Of a stretch of DNA of 34,923 bases, positions 1-9,283 are shown one piece after another. The notes beneath the pieces were generated by a model that was given only the letters and a program-made list of their open reading frames with translations, had not been told where the DNA came from and did not search any database. The DNA is from Pseudomonadota bacterium. GTDB taxonomy: Bacteria; Pseudomonadota; Gammaproteobacteria; Acidiferrobacterales; UBA6901. The stretch lies in the NCBI GenBank assembly GCA_043738765.1, contig JAYUFH010000206.1:1-34923 (forward strand), read 5' to 3'. The translations under genes and the position numbers were made by a program. Numbering within the stretch: the first letter of the stretch is position 1; every line of letters starts with the position of its first letter.

Positions 1-158
1 AGTGTGTTCGATATCCAGCCTACATAGTAAAGGTTGCCATCAACGAACAATGGTCCCTCTGGTCCTAGGACATTGCTGACGATGGGGAGTTCGTCAGCGC
101 CGGCTGCCGCAGACGCCAACATTGCCGCAGCGACGAAGCAGACAGTTCTATTTGCCAT
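1..158 (-). CDS. N-terminal part of an SMP-30/gluconolactonase/LRE family protein (runs off the window edge)
   Basis: Not in the ORF track. Manual translation from ATG at 158 gives MANRTVCFVAAAMLASAAAGADELPIVSNVLGPEGPLFVDGNLYYVGWISNT..., a signal peptide followed by the PEGP first-blade motif of this family. Confidence 0.7.
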   Translation of the reverse strand, partial: MANRTVCFVAAAMLASAAAGADELPIVSNVLGPEGPLFVDGNLYYVGWISNT

Positions 159-186
159 CACAGCGGTAGTGTTCAGTGTCTGACAG

Positions 187-215
187 CTGGAGTCAAATCG
201 GTCTGCTGACTCCAG
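187..215. promoter_or_regulatory. Perfect 9-bp inverted repeat between divergent genes (candidate operator)
   Basis: CTGGAGTCA (187-195), 11-nt spacer, TGACTCCAG (207-215), lying between the divergent starts at 158 and about 283. Confidence 0.35.
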
Positions 216-282
216 ACACCTGGTCTGTTGCCAACGCGAGCGGCTCCCACGAATATCGCTGATGCGTCGGAAGGGGAGTTGG

Positions 283-1275
283 ATGGCTAAGGGGATGCTT
301 GCCCGCGCGTGGCCGCAGAGTCGGTGGCTACAGGGCGCGGCCTGGGCGGCGGTTGTTGTGGTCGTGCTGGTGGGCATTGCCCTGGTCTTTGCCCCATACC
401 TGTGCGCCGAACTGTCAGCCGCGCTTGAACCCCACGCGATCATCGATCAGGCGAAGCCGAGTCTCGGCGAGGGACACATGGTGGATGACTACTGGGCAGT
501 GCAGGACATCGACGCGCACACGCACGCGCTCGGTGAGCCACGCTACTACCAGGCCAACTACGCCTATCTCATTGTGGGTGAACGACGGGCGCTGCTGTTC
601 GATGCCGGCTCGGGCACACGCGATATCACGGGTGTCGTCACGAGCCTCACGCGCCTGCCGGTGACCATCATGCCATCGCATCTGCATTTCGATCATACCG
701 GTGGCATCTTGCCATTCACGTCGGTCGCGATGGTTGATTTGCCCGATACCCGCGCTGATGTCAGGAACGGCAGGTTGACCCCCGGCCGCTATGAATTTCT
801 CGGCATGGTCGATGGATTGGTGTCGCCCGGATTCACTGTGACCGAGTGGCTCAAGCCCGGCGCAGCAATTGATCTGGGTGGGCGCGTACTGCAGGTCTTG
901 CATGTGCCAGGCCACACGCACAGCTCAGTCGCTCTATATGATGCGGGGACCCATCAGCTATTTGCGGGGGATTTCATCTACCCAACAAAGCTCTATGCGT
1001 TCCTGCCGGGAGCAAGCCTCGCGGAATATCGGGCGACGACGCGCGAGCTACTGACGAGCCTGCCTGCCGATACAAAAATCTGGACTGCGCACTGCTGTCG
1101 CGCCGGCGAGAAGACCTCAGCGCCCTGGCTGAGCATGGGCGATGTGCGCGATCTGGATTGCGCGCTAACCGCGATCCAGTCGGGCAAGTCGCATGGCACA
1201 GGGTTTTTTCCGCGGCTGTTTCCGGTCAATCAGCAGATGACTCTGGCCACAGGCTTCCCCTGGAATAATCGCTGA
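283..1275 (+). CDS. MBL-fold metallo-hydrolase with N-terminal transmembrane anchor
   Basis: FDAG, SHLHFDH (HxHxDH), PGHT, AGD and AH motifs, plus a hydrophobic N-terminal helix. ATG at 283 follows GGGGAG; the ORF track opens at 262. Confidence 0.9.
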   Translation: MAKGMLARAWPQSRWLQGAAWAAVVVVVLVGIALVFAPYLCAELSAALEPHAIIDQAKPSLGEGHMVDDYWAVQDIDAHTHALGEPRYYQANYAYLIVGERRALLFDAGSGTRDITGVVTSLTRLPVTIMPSHLHFDHTGGILPFTSVAMVDLPDTRADVRNGRLTPGRYEFLGMVDGLVSPGFTVTEWLKPGAAIDLGGRVLQVLHVPGHTHSSVALYDAGTHQLFAGDFIYPTKLYAFLPGASLAEYRATTRELLTSLPADTKIWTAHCCRAGEKTSAPWLSMGDVRDLDCALTAIQSGKSHGTGFFPRLFPVNQQMTLATGFPWNNR

Positions 1276-1321
1276 GATCGCAAGGTATACTCGAGCTGAC
1301 AGCCTGGACCCGAGGAAGGGC

Positions 1322-1951
1322 ATGAATTCGGTAACCGCATCACTGGCCGCGTACCTCGCCGCAGCATCGCTGCTGACGATTACGCCGGGTCTCGACACGG
1401 CATTGGTGCTCAGGATGGTCACAACCGGGAGACCGCGCCGGGCTCTACTTGCCGGCCTCGGCATCGCCACGGGCTGTTTCGCGTGGGCTGCGCTGGTCGC
1501 CTTGGGGCTCGGGGCGTTGCTGGCAGCATCGAAACTGGCCTATGCCGCGTTGCGCTGGATCGGGGCAGCGTATCTGCTATGGGTCGGATACAGGATGCTT
1601 CGCCATCCGCGCCGTACTTTCCTGGCGCCGACGCCGAGTGCTGAGAATCACAGGGCAGCCTTCGTTACCGGCGCGTTGACCAATCTGCTGAACCCCAAGG
1701 TTGGCGTGTTCTACGTGTCATTTTTGCCGCAGTTCGTTCCAGCGGGCGTATCAGTCGGCCCGTATATCCTGTTGCTGGGCGGCATTCACGCGCTGCTGGG
1801 TGTGATCTGGTTCACGTGCCTGATGATCGCCACGCGGCCGATCTCCACATTCCTGCGACGGCCTGCGGTAGTCCAGGCGTGTGATCGATTGACGGGTGGT
1901 GTGTTCGTGGCCTTCGGTCTGGGCCTGGCTCTGGAATCACGGCGCCCTTGA
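1322..1951 (+). CDS. LysE/RhtB family translocator
   Basis: ITPGLD, GAAYLLWVG and NLLNPKVGVFYVSFLPQF signature motifs; about 6 TM helices; GAGGA RBS upstream. Confidence 0.93.
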   Translation: MNSVTASLAAYLAAASLLTITPGLDTALVLRMVTTGRPRRALLAGLGIATGCFAWAALVALGLGALLAASKLAYAALRWIGAAYLLWVGYRMLRHPRRTFLAPTPSAENHRAAFVTGALTNLLNPKVGVFYVSFLPQFVPAGVSVGPYILLLGGIHALLGVIWFTCLMIATRPISTFLRRPAVVQACDRLTGGVFVAFGLGLALESRRP

Positions 1952-1998
1952 CTGTATAACGAGTCGCCGGGCGCACACGTGCTGCGGGACAACCAGAA

Positions 1999-3711
1999 GT
2001 GAGATTGATCATGCGATCATGGCAGACGTCGATAGTGTTCATGGTGGTGATGTGCCCCTGTGCAGCGAGCGCTGCCAGCGGCTACAGCTCGCTACTCCAA
2101 CTGGCCGACGAGTGGCGGCACTTCGAACAGCCGGTAATAAGCCGCTGTGTTCCCGATTATGGGGCCGAGGCCATGAGGGCGAAGAGCGTCGCGCTGCCGG
2201 CGTTCCGCGCACGCCTGAGCGGGGTGGACACGCATGACTGGACGCCCACCCAGCAGGTCGACCATCGGTTGATCGAAGCAGAAATGAACGGCCTGGACTT
2301 CGATCTCAGGATTCGGAGGCCCTGGGCGCGTGATCCCTCCTTCTATGCGACCGTGTTCGGTGAACGCAGCGACGTGCCGCAGCATGAAGGCGTGACGGCC
2401 GCGCCGGCAATTGACCTGTTCGCCTATCAATATCCCTTGTCACGCGCCGATCAACGCAGCCTCAGTTGCCTGCTGGGCGCCATACCGGCTTTGCTGGACC
2501 AGGCGAAGATCAATCTGCATGACAGCAACGCTCACGACTTATGGATCTACAGCACAAGCACGCTGCGCGAGCAGAGCGAAGTACTGGCGCATCTGCAGGC
2601 CGGGACGCTCGATATGCGCACCTTGGAAGGATCGAAGCACGCCAGCCTCGCGGGTGCCGACAAGGTGCTGCTCGCCGCGACCGAGCAGGCCAGGACGGCG
2701 ACCGATGGGTTTATTGCGTGGATTGAGTCCGAGGCGCCCAATAAGAGCGGTCCCTCGGGGGTCGGCAAGGCCGATTACAACTGGTATATGCAGAGGGTGC
2801 ATCTGGTGCCCTACGATTGGGACCAGCAGGTCACGCTGCTGCGCCGGGAGCTGGAGCGCGCCCGGGCGGGCCTCGCGCTCGAGGAGTTTCACAATCGTGC
2901 CTTGCCGCCGCTCGAGCCTGCCAATACTCCGGAAGCCTGGCGCCTGTTGACCGAGACACGGATGAGCAAGCTCACCGAGTTTCTCATTCGCTCAGGCATC
3001 GTCGTGGATCGTGCTTACTATCGCGATGCGATGGCACAGCAGGTGAGCAAATTTGTACCGCTGGACAAGCGGAATTTCTTTGACCATGCAACCGCGCGCG
3101 AACCACTGGGTCTGTTTTCCCATTCCTATCACTGGATCGAGCTGGCACGGATCAAAGAGGAGCCCAATCAGAGCGCGATTCGTCGCCTGCCGGCCCTATA
3201 CAACATGTTCGACAGCCGTTCCGAGGGGCTGGCGACGGCAATGGAGGAATTGTTGATGCAGGCCGGCCTCTATGACGATGTTCCGCGTGGGCGCGAGGTC
3301 GTCTGGGCAATGCTGGCCAACCGGGCGGCGCGGGGTCTGGCAGCGCTTTACGTGCAGGCGAATCAATTGACCCTGCAGCAGGCCGGACGCTTTCATGCGC
3401 AATGGACGCCGCGCGGTTGGTCGGACCCCTCAAGCAAACTGGTGGCCTTCGAACAGCTCCTGTATCTGCGTCAACCCGGCTATGGCACGAGCTACATTAC
3501 CGGGAAAATGCAATTCGAACGGCTCATCAGCGATTACGCCTATCAGCGCCAGGCGGCAGGTAAAGCCTTTGATCTGGCCGATTTCTTTGCGCACATGAAT
3601 GATGCCGCGACGATTCCGTTTGCACTCATCGAAACGGAGCTGGTCCCGGTGCCCGCCGAACGGGGTACGCCTGTAACCGACTCGCTTTACGAGCCCAACC
3701 CAGCGCATTAA
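1999..3711 (+). CDS. DUF885-like secreted protein (putative metallopeptidase fold)
   Basis: Signal peptide; RPWARDP; C-terminal SEGLATAMEE and YLRQPGYGTSYITGK motifs resemble DUF885 (EGW..Y.E, PGQA..Y..G). The start could be 1999 (GTG) or 2011 (ATG). Confidence 0.7.
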   Translation: MRLIMRSWQTSIVFMVVMCPCAASAASGYSSLLQLADEWRHFEQPVISRCVPDYGAEAMRAKSVALPAFRARLSGVDTHDWTPTQQVDHRLIEAEMNGLDFDLRIRRPWARDPSFYATVFGERSDVPQHEGVTAAPAIDLFAYQYPLSRADQRSLSCLLGAIPALLDQAKINLHDSNAHDLWIYSTSTLREQSEVLAHLQAGTLDMRTLEGSKHASLAGADKVLLAATEQARTATDGFIAWIESEAPNKSGPSGVGKADYNWYMQRVHLVPYDWDQQVTLLRRELERARAGLALEEFHNRALPPLEPANTPEAWRLLTETRMSKLTEFLIRSGIVVDRAYYRDAMAQQVSKFVPLDKRNFFDHATAREPLGLFSHSYHWIELARIKEEPNQSAIRRLPALYNMFDSRSEGLATAMEELLMQAGLYDDVPRGREVVWAMLANRAARGLAALYVQANQLTLQQAGRFHAQWTPRGWSDPSSKLVAFEQLLYLRQPGYGTSYITGKMQFERLISDYAYQRQAAGKAFDLADFFAHMNDAATIPFALIETELVPVPAERGTPVTDSLYEPNPAH

Positions 3712-3722
3712 ATGCTGACTGA

Positions 3723-5057
3723 TCAGCTGAAGCCTTTCGGGATCAAGCCATGCTCACGGGCTTCGCGCTCCAGCGGGTCGCGAAAGTCGGGGTGAGCAAG
3801 CGAAATCATCGCCTGTGCCCGCTCGGGGACTGATTTGCCTTTCAGATTGACTAACCCGAATTCCGTGACGACGTACATCATGTCCGACCGCGGCGTGGTT
3901 ACCACGTTGCCAGGCGTAAGATCGAGCACGATGCGGCTTTTTCGAATGCCATGACGTTCATAGGTCGAGGACAGGCAAACGAATGACTTACCACCCTTCG
4001 ACGCGTAGGCGCCGCGAACGAATTGCAGCTGGCCGCCGCTGCCGCTGATGTGACGATGGCCCGAGGATTCGGACGAGGCCTGGCCCTGCAAGTCCATCTG
4101 CGTGGTGTTGTTGATCGCTACGACCCGCTCATTCTGCATGATCATGTGCGGCAGATTCGTATAGTCGACGGGGCAGCACAGGAAATCCGTGTTGCGATCG
4201 ATGGTGCGATAGAGTTCCTGTGAGCCAATCGCAAAACTGAACACGACCTTACCTGGGTGCAATGCTTTCGTCGCTCCGGTGATGACCCCGCCCCTATAGA
4301 GATCGATGAGACCATTGGTGAGCATTTCAGTATGGATGCCGAGCTCCGGTATGCCACTTTCGAGCAGCAGCGAGCAAATGGCATTCGGCATCGCACCGAT
4401 GCCGACCTGCAGACAGGCGCCAGCGCCGACCTCCGCGGCGATCAGCCGTGCAACGGCACGATCCGCGTCGCTGGGTGGCGGGTTGGGCAACTCCGGGGGC
4501 AACCCGGGATCGCCGGCAATGACATAGTCGACCTCGCTGATGTGGAGTCCATTATCAACACCGTGCACGTACGGCAGGCCTTCGCTGATTTCCACGACGA
4601 CCAGCTTTGCGCGGGAGGTGATGGCCCGGTGCCAGAGATTGGAGGCGCTCAGATTGAAAAATCCGTTGGCGTCAACTTCACGGGTCTTGAGGACGACGAT
4701 GTCCGGGGGTTCGATAAACCGGCGGTAATAATCCGGAATTTCCCCCAGATTGCACGGAATGTAGTGGCACAGTCCGGCATCGTGCTGCTTGCGGTCGTAA
4801 CCACCGAAGTGCCAGTTGTACCAGTGGAAATGCTCACGCTGCGGGTCCGCTTCCAGCACGGCTCGCGGCCTGGTGCTGAGGCAGGCGCGGATCTTCACCT
4901 CCCGCAGCTGCGCCTTGCGAGCGGCCAGGGCGCGGTCGAAAACGTCGGGTTGGGACAGCACCGCGCCGTAGTCCACCCAGTCGCCTGACTTTACGAGAGC
5001 AGCCGCTTCGGCTGCGGTAATCCGCTGCGCCGACCTTCCATGCGTCGATAATCCCAT
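3723..5057 (-). CDS. Acetyl-CoA hydrolase/CoA-transferase family protein (4-hydroxybutyrate or butyryl-CoA:acetate CoA-transferase-like)
   Basis: LQVGIGAMPN, HTEM (catalytic Glu), SGSGGQLQF, YVVTEFG and AHPDFR motifs. Start at ATG 5057, or 5072 as in the ORF track. Confidence 0.9.
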   Translation of the reverse strand: MGLSTHGRSAQRITAAEAAALVKSGDWVDYGAVLSQPDVFDRALAARKAQLREVKIRACLSTRPRAVLEADPQREHFHWYNWHFGGYDRKQHDAGLCHYIPCNLGEIPDYYRRFIEPPDIVVLKTREVDANGFFNLSASNLWHRAITSRAKLVVVEISEGLPYVHGVDNGLHISEVDYVIAGDPGLPPELPNPPPSDADRAVARLIAAEVGAGACLQVGIGAMPNAICSLLLESGIPELGIHTEMLTNGLIDLYRGGVITGATKALHPGKVVFSFAIGSQELYRTIDRNTDFLCCPVDYTNLPHMIMQNERVVAINNTTQMDLQGQASSESSGHRHISGSGGQLQFVRGAYASKGGKSFVCLSSTYERHGIRKSRIVLDLTPGNVVTTPRSDMMYVVTEFGLVNLKGKSVPERAQAMISLAHPDFRDPLEREAREHGLIPKGFS

Positions 5058-5195
5058 GCGATCCGTCCCCACCGTCAGGCGTCAGTTTTCGAGCAGGAAT
5101 GTTAACGCTTTCGGTACCGATGTTGTTAAAGTCCTGAAGAGCTTGACGGGTCAGTTGACCACGGACATTCGTGGCGTGCATTACACACAAGAGAG

Positions 5196-5987
5196 ATGAC
5201 CATGACAGAGAGTCCCTTCATTTTGCGCTCGGACGCTGCCGGTATTGCGACCCTGACGTTGAATCGTCCACAGGCGAGAAACGCGCTGTCACTCGGCATG
5301 CTGCAGGCCTTATTGACTGAACTCGAGCGCATCGCTACCGACTCGCAGGTACACGTCGTGGTGCTGGCTGGCGCCGGGCCAGCTTTCTGTGCCGGGCATG
5401 ACCTGAAGGAAATAAGAGCCGAGAATTTCAGCAGCGCCTATACCAGGAACTTATTCGATGAATGCGCCAGGGTAATGTTGGCTATCGTCAACCTGCCAAA
5501 GCCCGTCATAGCCCAGGTACACGGTATCGCGACGGCGGCAGGTTGTCAGCTGGTGGCCAGCTGCGATCTGGCGGTAGCGGCCGACGACGCCCGTTTTGCG
5601 ACCCCAGGAGTCAACATTGGGCTCTTCTGCTCCACACCCATGGTGGCTCTGTCACGCAATGTAGGTCACAAGGCCGCAATGCAGATGCTGCTGACGGGCG
5701 AGCTGATAGATGCGGCCACTGCTATCCGCTTCGGGCTGATCAATGAGGTCGCGCCGGCGACTGAGCTGGCAAGCCGGACTGCGGCGCTGGCGGCGAAGAT
5801 CGCTGCCAAGTCGCCGCTGACAGTCGCGATCGGCAAGCAGGCGTTCTATCGTCAGGCCGAACTTCCGCTGGCGGACGCCTATGCCTACACCGCCGGAGTG
5901 ATGGTCACCAATCTTTCCAGTCGGGACGCGCAGGAAGGTATTGAGGCGTTCATCGAGAAGCGCAGTCCGGTGTGGTGCGGACAGTGA
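5196..5987 (+). CDS. Enoyl-CoA hydratase/isomerase family protein (ECHDC3-like)
   Basis: TLNRP, FCAGHDLKE, ATAAGCQLVASCDL and TPGVNIGLFCSTP motifs. Confidence 0.93.
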   Translation: MTMTESPFILRSDAAGIATLTLNRPQARNALSLGMLQALLTELERIATDSQVHVVVLAGAGPAFCAGHDLKEIRAENFSSAYTRNLFDECARVMLAIVNLPKPVIAQVHGIATAAGCQLVASCDLAVAADDARFATPGVNIGLFCSTPMVALSRNVGHKAAMQMLLTGELIDAATAIRFGLINEVAPATELASRTAALAAKIAAKSPLTVAIGKQAFYRQAELPLADAYAYTAGVMVTNLSSRDAQEGIEAFIEKRSPVWCGQ

Positions 5988-5990
5988 CCC

Positions 5991-7100
5991 TCATCGCACC
6001 AATTCCTCTCTGAACCCCCGCGCCGCATCACTCAAGCTGGCATCCCCTGCATACTTCACCCATTGCTCAATCATCGCTCTGGCCAATGATCGCCGCCCGG
6101 CATGTACGGCATATCGGGCGAGCGCTACCACCTCCGCTTCCGACTCCGGCGTGAAATCGGTCGCTACCGTTGACACGGTTTCCATCACCGTCAAGGCCAA
6201 CGACAATCGCTTGACCTGTAGCAGATGCGATAGCAACGCCCGCGCCACCGTCGCCAGACCCCGCCGCTCCGGAAACTGCAGCGCTTGATTCAGAATAGTG
6301 GGCACATCCACATGCAGATTCTGCTCGCCCGACTCAACCAGCCACTGTTTCAGCACCTCTCCTGCCCGCGCGCCATCACGCGCCCGCACCACGCCGTACA
6401 CCTCGTCCATCATGACCTGCCGGCGCCGTGCATACTCCGACTCATCTTTCTCTGCGCTACGCTCCGGACTCACCTGTGGCTCAAATCCCAGCGTATTGCG
6501 CTTAAGATAGATTGACCCGCCGATGAGCGTGTACAGGCACAGCAGCAGTAGCTCGAGCACCGCATAGCGGATCACCTCCCACACCGGCATGGCCCCCACC
6601 CCGGCAGCGCATGTGGCAATGACAGCCACTGCCGCCACCAGCAAGAGGTAGGTCCAACCCATCCCCACGATGACGCGCCACAGGGCCAACGGATTGACCG
6701 CGTCGATCACCCGATGAGTAATGGCGAGCACGCCCACGGAGGAGGGAAACAGCAGCAACGCCGCAACACCAATCGCCACACGACCCGAAGCCGGCACGAC
6801 ACTCATCAACAGCAGCACGCCACCTGCCAGCAGCGGATGCACCCACGGCCGCACCCCACCAAACGGTCCCAGCATCTCCAGCGACGCCACCGGTGCATCG
6901 CTCACCCCGTGCGCCGCCTGCTCAAGCTGTGCAAAGGCGTACTTGTTGAGCCACGAGAGCAGAAAGAACGTCCCAAATAGTGGAATTAAAGCAAGCGGAC
7001 CCGGCGCAATCCAAAGCAGTGCCAACAGCATCGCCACGAACCCGACAAACAGCAGGCTGGTCAGGTGAAACGGCATCGACAGCGCACACAGTAAAGTCAT
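5991..7100 (-). CDS. Hypothetical integral membrane protein with C-terminal helical (TPR-like) domain
   Basis: 369-aa ORF with about 6 hydrophobic segments followed by a soluble helical domain; no family motif recognised. Confidence 0.75.
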   Translation of the reverse strand: MTLLCALSMPFHLTSLLFVGFVAMLLALLWIAPGPLALIPLFGTFFLLSWLNKYAFAQLEQAAHGVSDAPVASLEMLGPFGGVRPWVHPLLAGGVLLLMSVVPASGRVAIGVAALLLFPSSVGVLAITHRVIDAVNPLALWRVIVGMGWTYLLLVAAVAVIATCAAGVGAMPVWEVIRYAVLELLLLCLYTLIGGSIYLKRNTLGFEPQVSPERSAEKDESEYARRRQVMMDEVYGVVRARDGARAGEVLKQWLVESGEQNLHVDVPTILNQALQFPERRGLATVARALLSHLLQVKRLSLALTVMETVSTVATDFTPESEAEVVALARYAVHAGRRSLARAMIEQWVKYAGDASLSDAARGFREELVR

Positions 7101-7235
7101 GGTACCAGCCTGCTACGATCACGAGGCTCGAGTCTAACCCGCCACGAGCTGCCAAAGGCAGCGTCCACCCGCAGCCTTTGAATAAACAGAATATCCCCTC
7201 ATGGACATTAAGCTGCTGGTTTTGTCGTTAGGATC

Positions 7236-8852
7236 TCATCCAGGAAAACTCACAACGTTGCGGCCCTGCTTGATCATGTCACTGGCCTTCTCGGCGATCA
7301 TCACGGTAGGCGCGTTGGTGTTGGCACCGGGGAGCAGCGGCATGATCGACGCATCGATCACGCGCAGAGCCTGCAAGCCATGAACGCGAAGTTCGACGTC
7401 GACGACCGCCATCGGGCCGCTGCCCATCTTGCAGGTGCCCACCGGGTGATAAATCGTGCCGGCATGGCGACGGATGAAAGCGCGAATATCATCGTCCGTC
7501 ACGCAGCCGGGCTCGGGGCGCAGCTCGCGTCCACGATAACGGTCAAAGGCGGGTGCAGCCATGACCCGACGCGCCAGCTTCACCGCCTTGACCATGCGTT
7601 CCAAGTCGGAAGGCTCGGACAAGTAGTTGGCAAATATTTGCGGCTTGGCGAGCGGGTCGCGACTGGCAAGGCGGATTTCACCACGGCTCTTGGGCCGCAG
7701 ATTGCACACGTGCAGCGAATAGCCTTCGCCGATCATGAACCCGAGATCCCGCCCGTGGTTTGACAGCCGCGCGGGGTTGAAATGGAACTGCACGTCCGGA
7801 ATCGGCTCTCCTGGTGAGCTCTTCACAAAACCACAGCCCTCCGCGCCCACCATCGTCAGCATCCCCGAACGGGTGGTGTAATAACGCACCAGCTCCCATG
7901 CCATGCGTAGCATATTGCGCAGCGTCAAGCCGGCAGACACCGATTTGGTGCACGCACACACCAACAGCACGTCGAGGTGATCCTGCAGGTTCTTGCCAAC
8001 ACCGGACAGGTGCTTCAGGACGGGAATACCCAGCGCCTGCAAAGCCAGCGCGTCGCCAACACCAGACAGCATCAGCAATTGCGGACTTTGAATCGCACCG
8101 GCCGACAGAATCACCTCGCGTTTCGCAGGTACTTGTTTGATGCGGTCCTCATGGCGGTATTCGACGCCCACGGCTACAGTGCCCTCGAAAAGCACACGAG
8201 TGGCGTGGGCGTAGGTGATCACGGTGAGGTTCAACCGGGAACGCGCCGGGGCCAGATAGCCCTGGGCCTGACTCCAGCGGCGCCCGCCCTTTTGCGTCAC
8301 AGGAAACAGCCCCACGCCCTCAACGTCCGCACCGTTGTTGAAATCGGCGTTGTAGGGAATGCCGGCCTGAATGCCGGCCTGGATGAAGGTGCGCGTCAGG
8401 ATATTCGGGCTGCGCTGATCGGCCACGTTCATCGGCCCGCCCACGCCGTGAAATTCAGTTGGTCCGGGTTCGTGGTTTTCCGCGCGCTTGAAATACGGCA
8501 GGACATCCTTGAACGACCAGCCGTGATTCCCTGCTTTCGCCCAGGCATCGTAATCGCTGGGGTGTCCACGGGTATAGAGCATCGCATTGCTGGAGCCACT
8601 GCCGCCCAGCGTGCGCCCACGCGGCCAGAACAGGCGGCGCCCGTCCAGATTGGGTTCGCTGGCCGTATAGAAACTCCAGTTGAGCACTTTGCTGTGCATC
8701 ATCCACAATATGCCCAGTGGCATATGGATGAAGGGACTGGTATCGGGCGGGCCGGCTTCGAGCAAACACACTGAGATGTCTGCGTCTTCGCTCAAGCGGG
8801 ATGCCAACACGCAACCCGCGGATCCTCCTCCGACGATCACATAATCGAACAT
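7236..8852 (-). CDS. GMC family oxidoreductase (choline/alcohol dehydrogenase-like)
   Basis: FDYVIVGGGSAG FAD motif, PRGRTLGGS, SPQLLMLSG, NLQDH, YHPVGTC and NTNAP; GAGGA RBS upstream. Confidence 0.95.
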   Translation of the reverse strand: MFDYVIVGGGSAGCVLASRLSEDADISVCLLEAGPPDTSPFIHMPLGILWMMHSKVLNWSFYTASEPNLDGRRLFWPRGRTLGGSGSSNAMLYTRGHPSDYDAWAKAGNHGWSFKDVLPYFKRAENHEPGPTEFHGVGGPMNVADQRSPNILTRTFIQAGIQAGIPYNADFNNGADVEGVGLFPVTQKGGRRWSQAQGYLAPARSRLNLTVITYAHATRVLFEGTVAVGVEYRHEDRIKQVPAKREVILSAGAIQSPQLLMLSGVGDALALQALGIPVLKHLSGVGKNLQDHLDVLLVCACTKSVSAGLTLRNMLRMAWELVRYYTTRSGMLTMVGAEGCGFVKSSPGEPIPDVQFHFNPARLSNHGRDLGFMIGEGYSLHVCNLRPKSRGEIRLASRDPLAKPQIFANYLSEPSDLERMVKAVKLARRVMAAPAFDRYRGRELRPEPGCVTDDDIRAFIRRHAGTIYHPVGTCKMGSGPMAVVDVELRVHGLQALRVIDASIMPLLPGANTNAPTVMIAEKASDMIKQGRNVVSFPG

Positions 8853-9024
8853 GGTCTTGTCCTCAGCCGACGAGGATGCTTACTCCCCTCTCTCATCCCA
8901 TCTAAACACGAAAACCTATTTTCTGGATCCCCGCCAAGAAACCGGGGTATGAGTTCGGGCATCAGGGTTACGCCTGGTGGCGCAAGTACACTCAGAGCGC
9001 ACTCATTCACCGCGACCCGATTGA

Positions 9025-9264
9025 ACAGAATCTCCCTCTCTGGACATTCTGCTTCCAACCCGCGCCCATACTGCCAGCCTCGTCCGCCACGAATCCCGCT
9101 ACCGTCGCGCCGGCAGTTGGGAATTCTCCCACACGTTGAGCGAACAGCACGTCCTCGAAAATGCCGTGCTGCCGTCCGAGGTGGAGCAACCGCCCGACTT
9201 CTCGGGGTATCTGAAGCTGGCCGCAAGCTGGCAGCGCGTGCAGATTCCACTGCCAAGGGGATAG
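9025..9264 (+). pseudogene. Start-less remnant resembling the C-terminus of a TraD/TrwB type IV coupling protein
   Basis: The frame is open from 9025 to TAG at 9262-9264 with no plausible start: ...SHTLSEQHVLENAVLPSEVEQPPDFSGYLKLAASWQRV. This matches by eye the T4CP terminal motif (V.PSEI..LPD..GYLKL). Confidence 0.55.
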
Positions 9265-9283
9265 ACCGCTCTTGACCGCAGCC

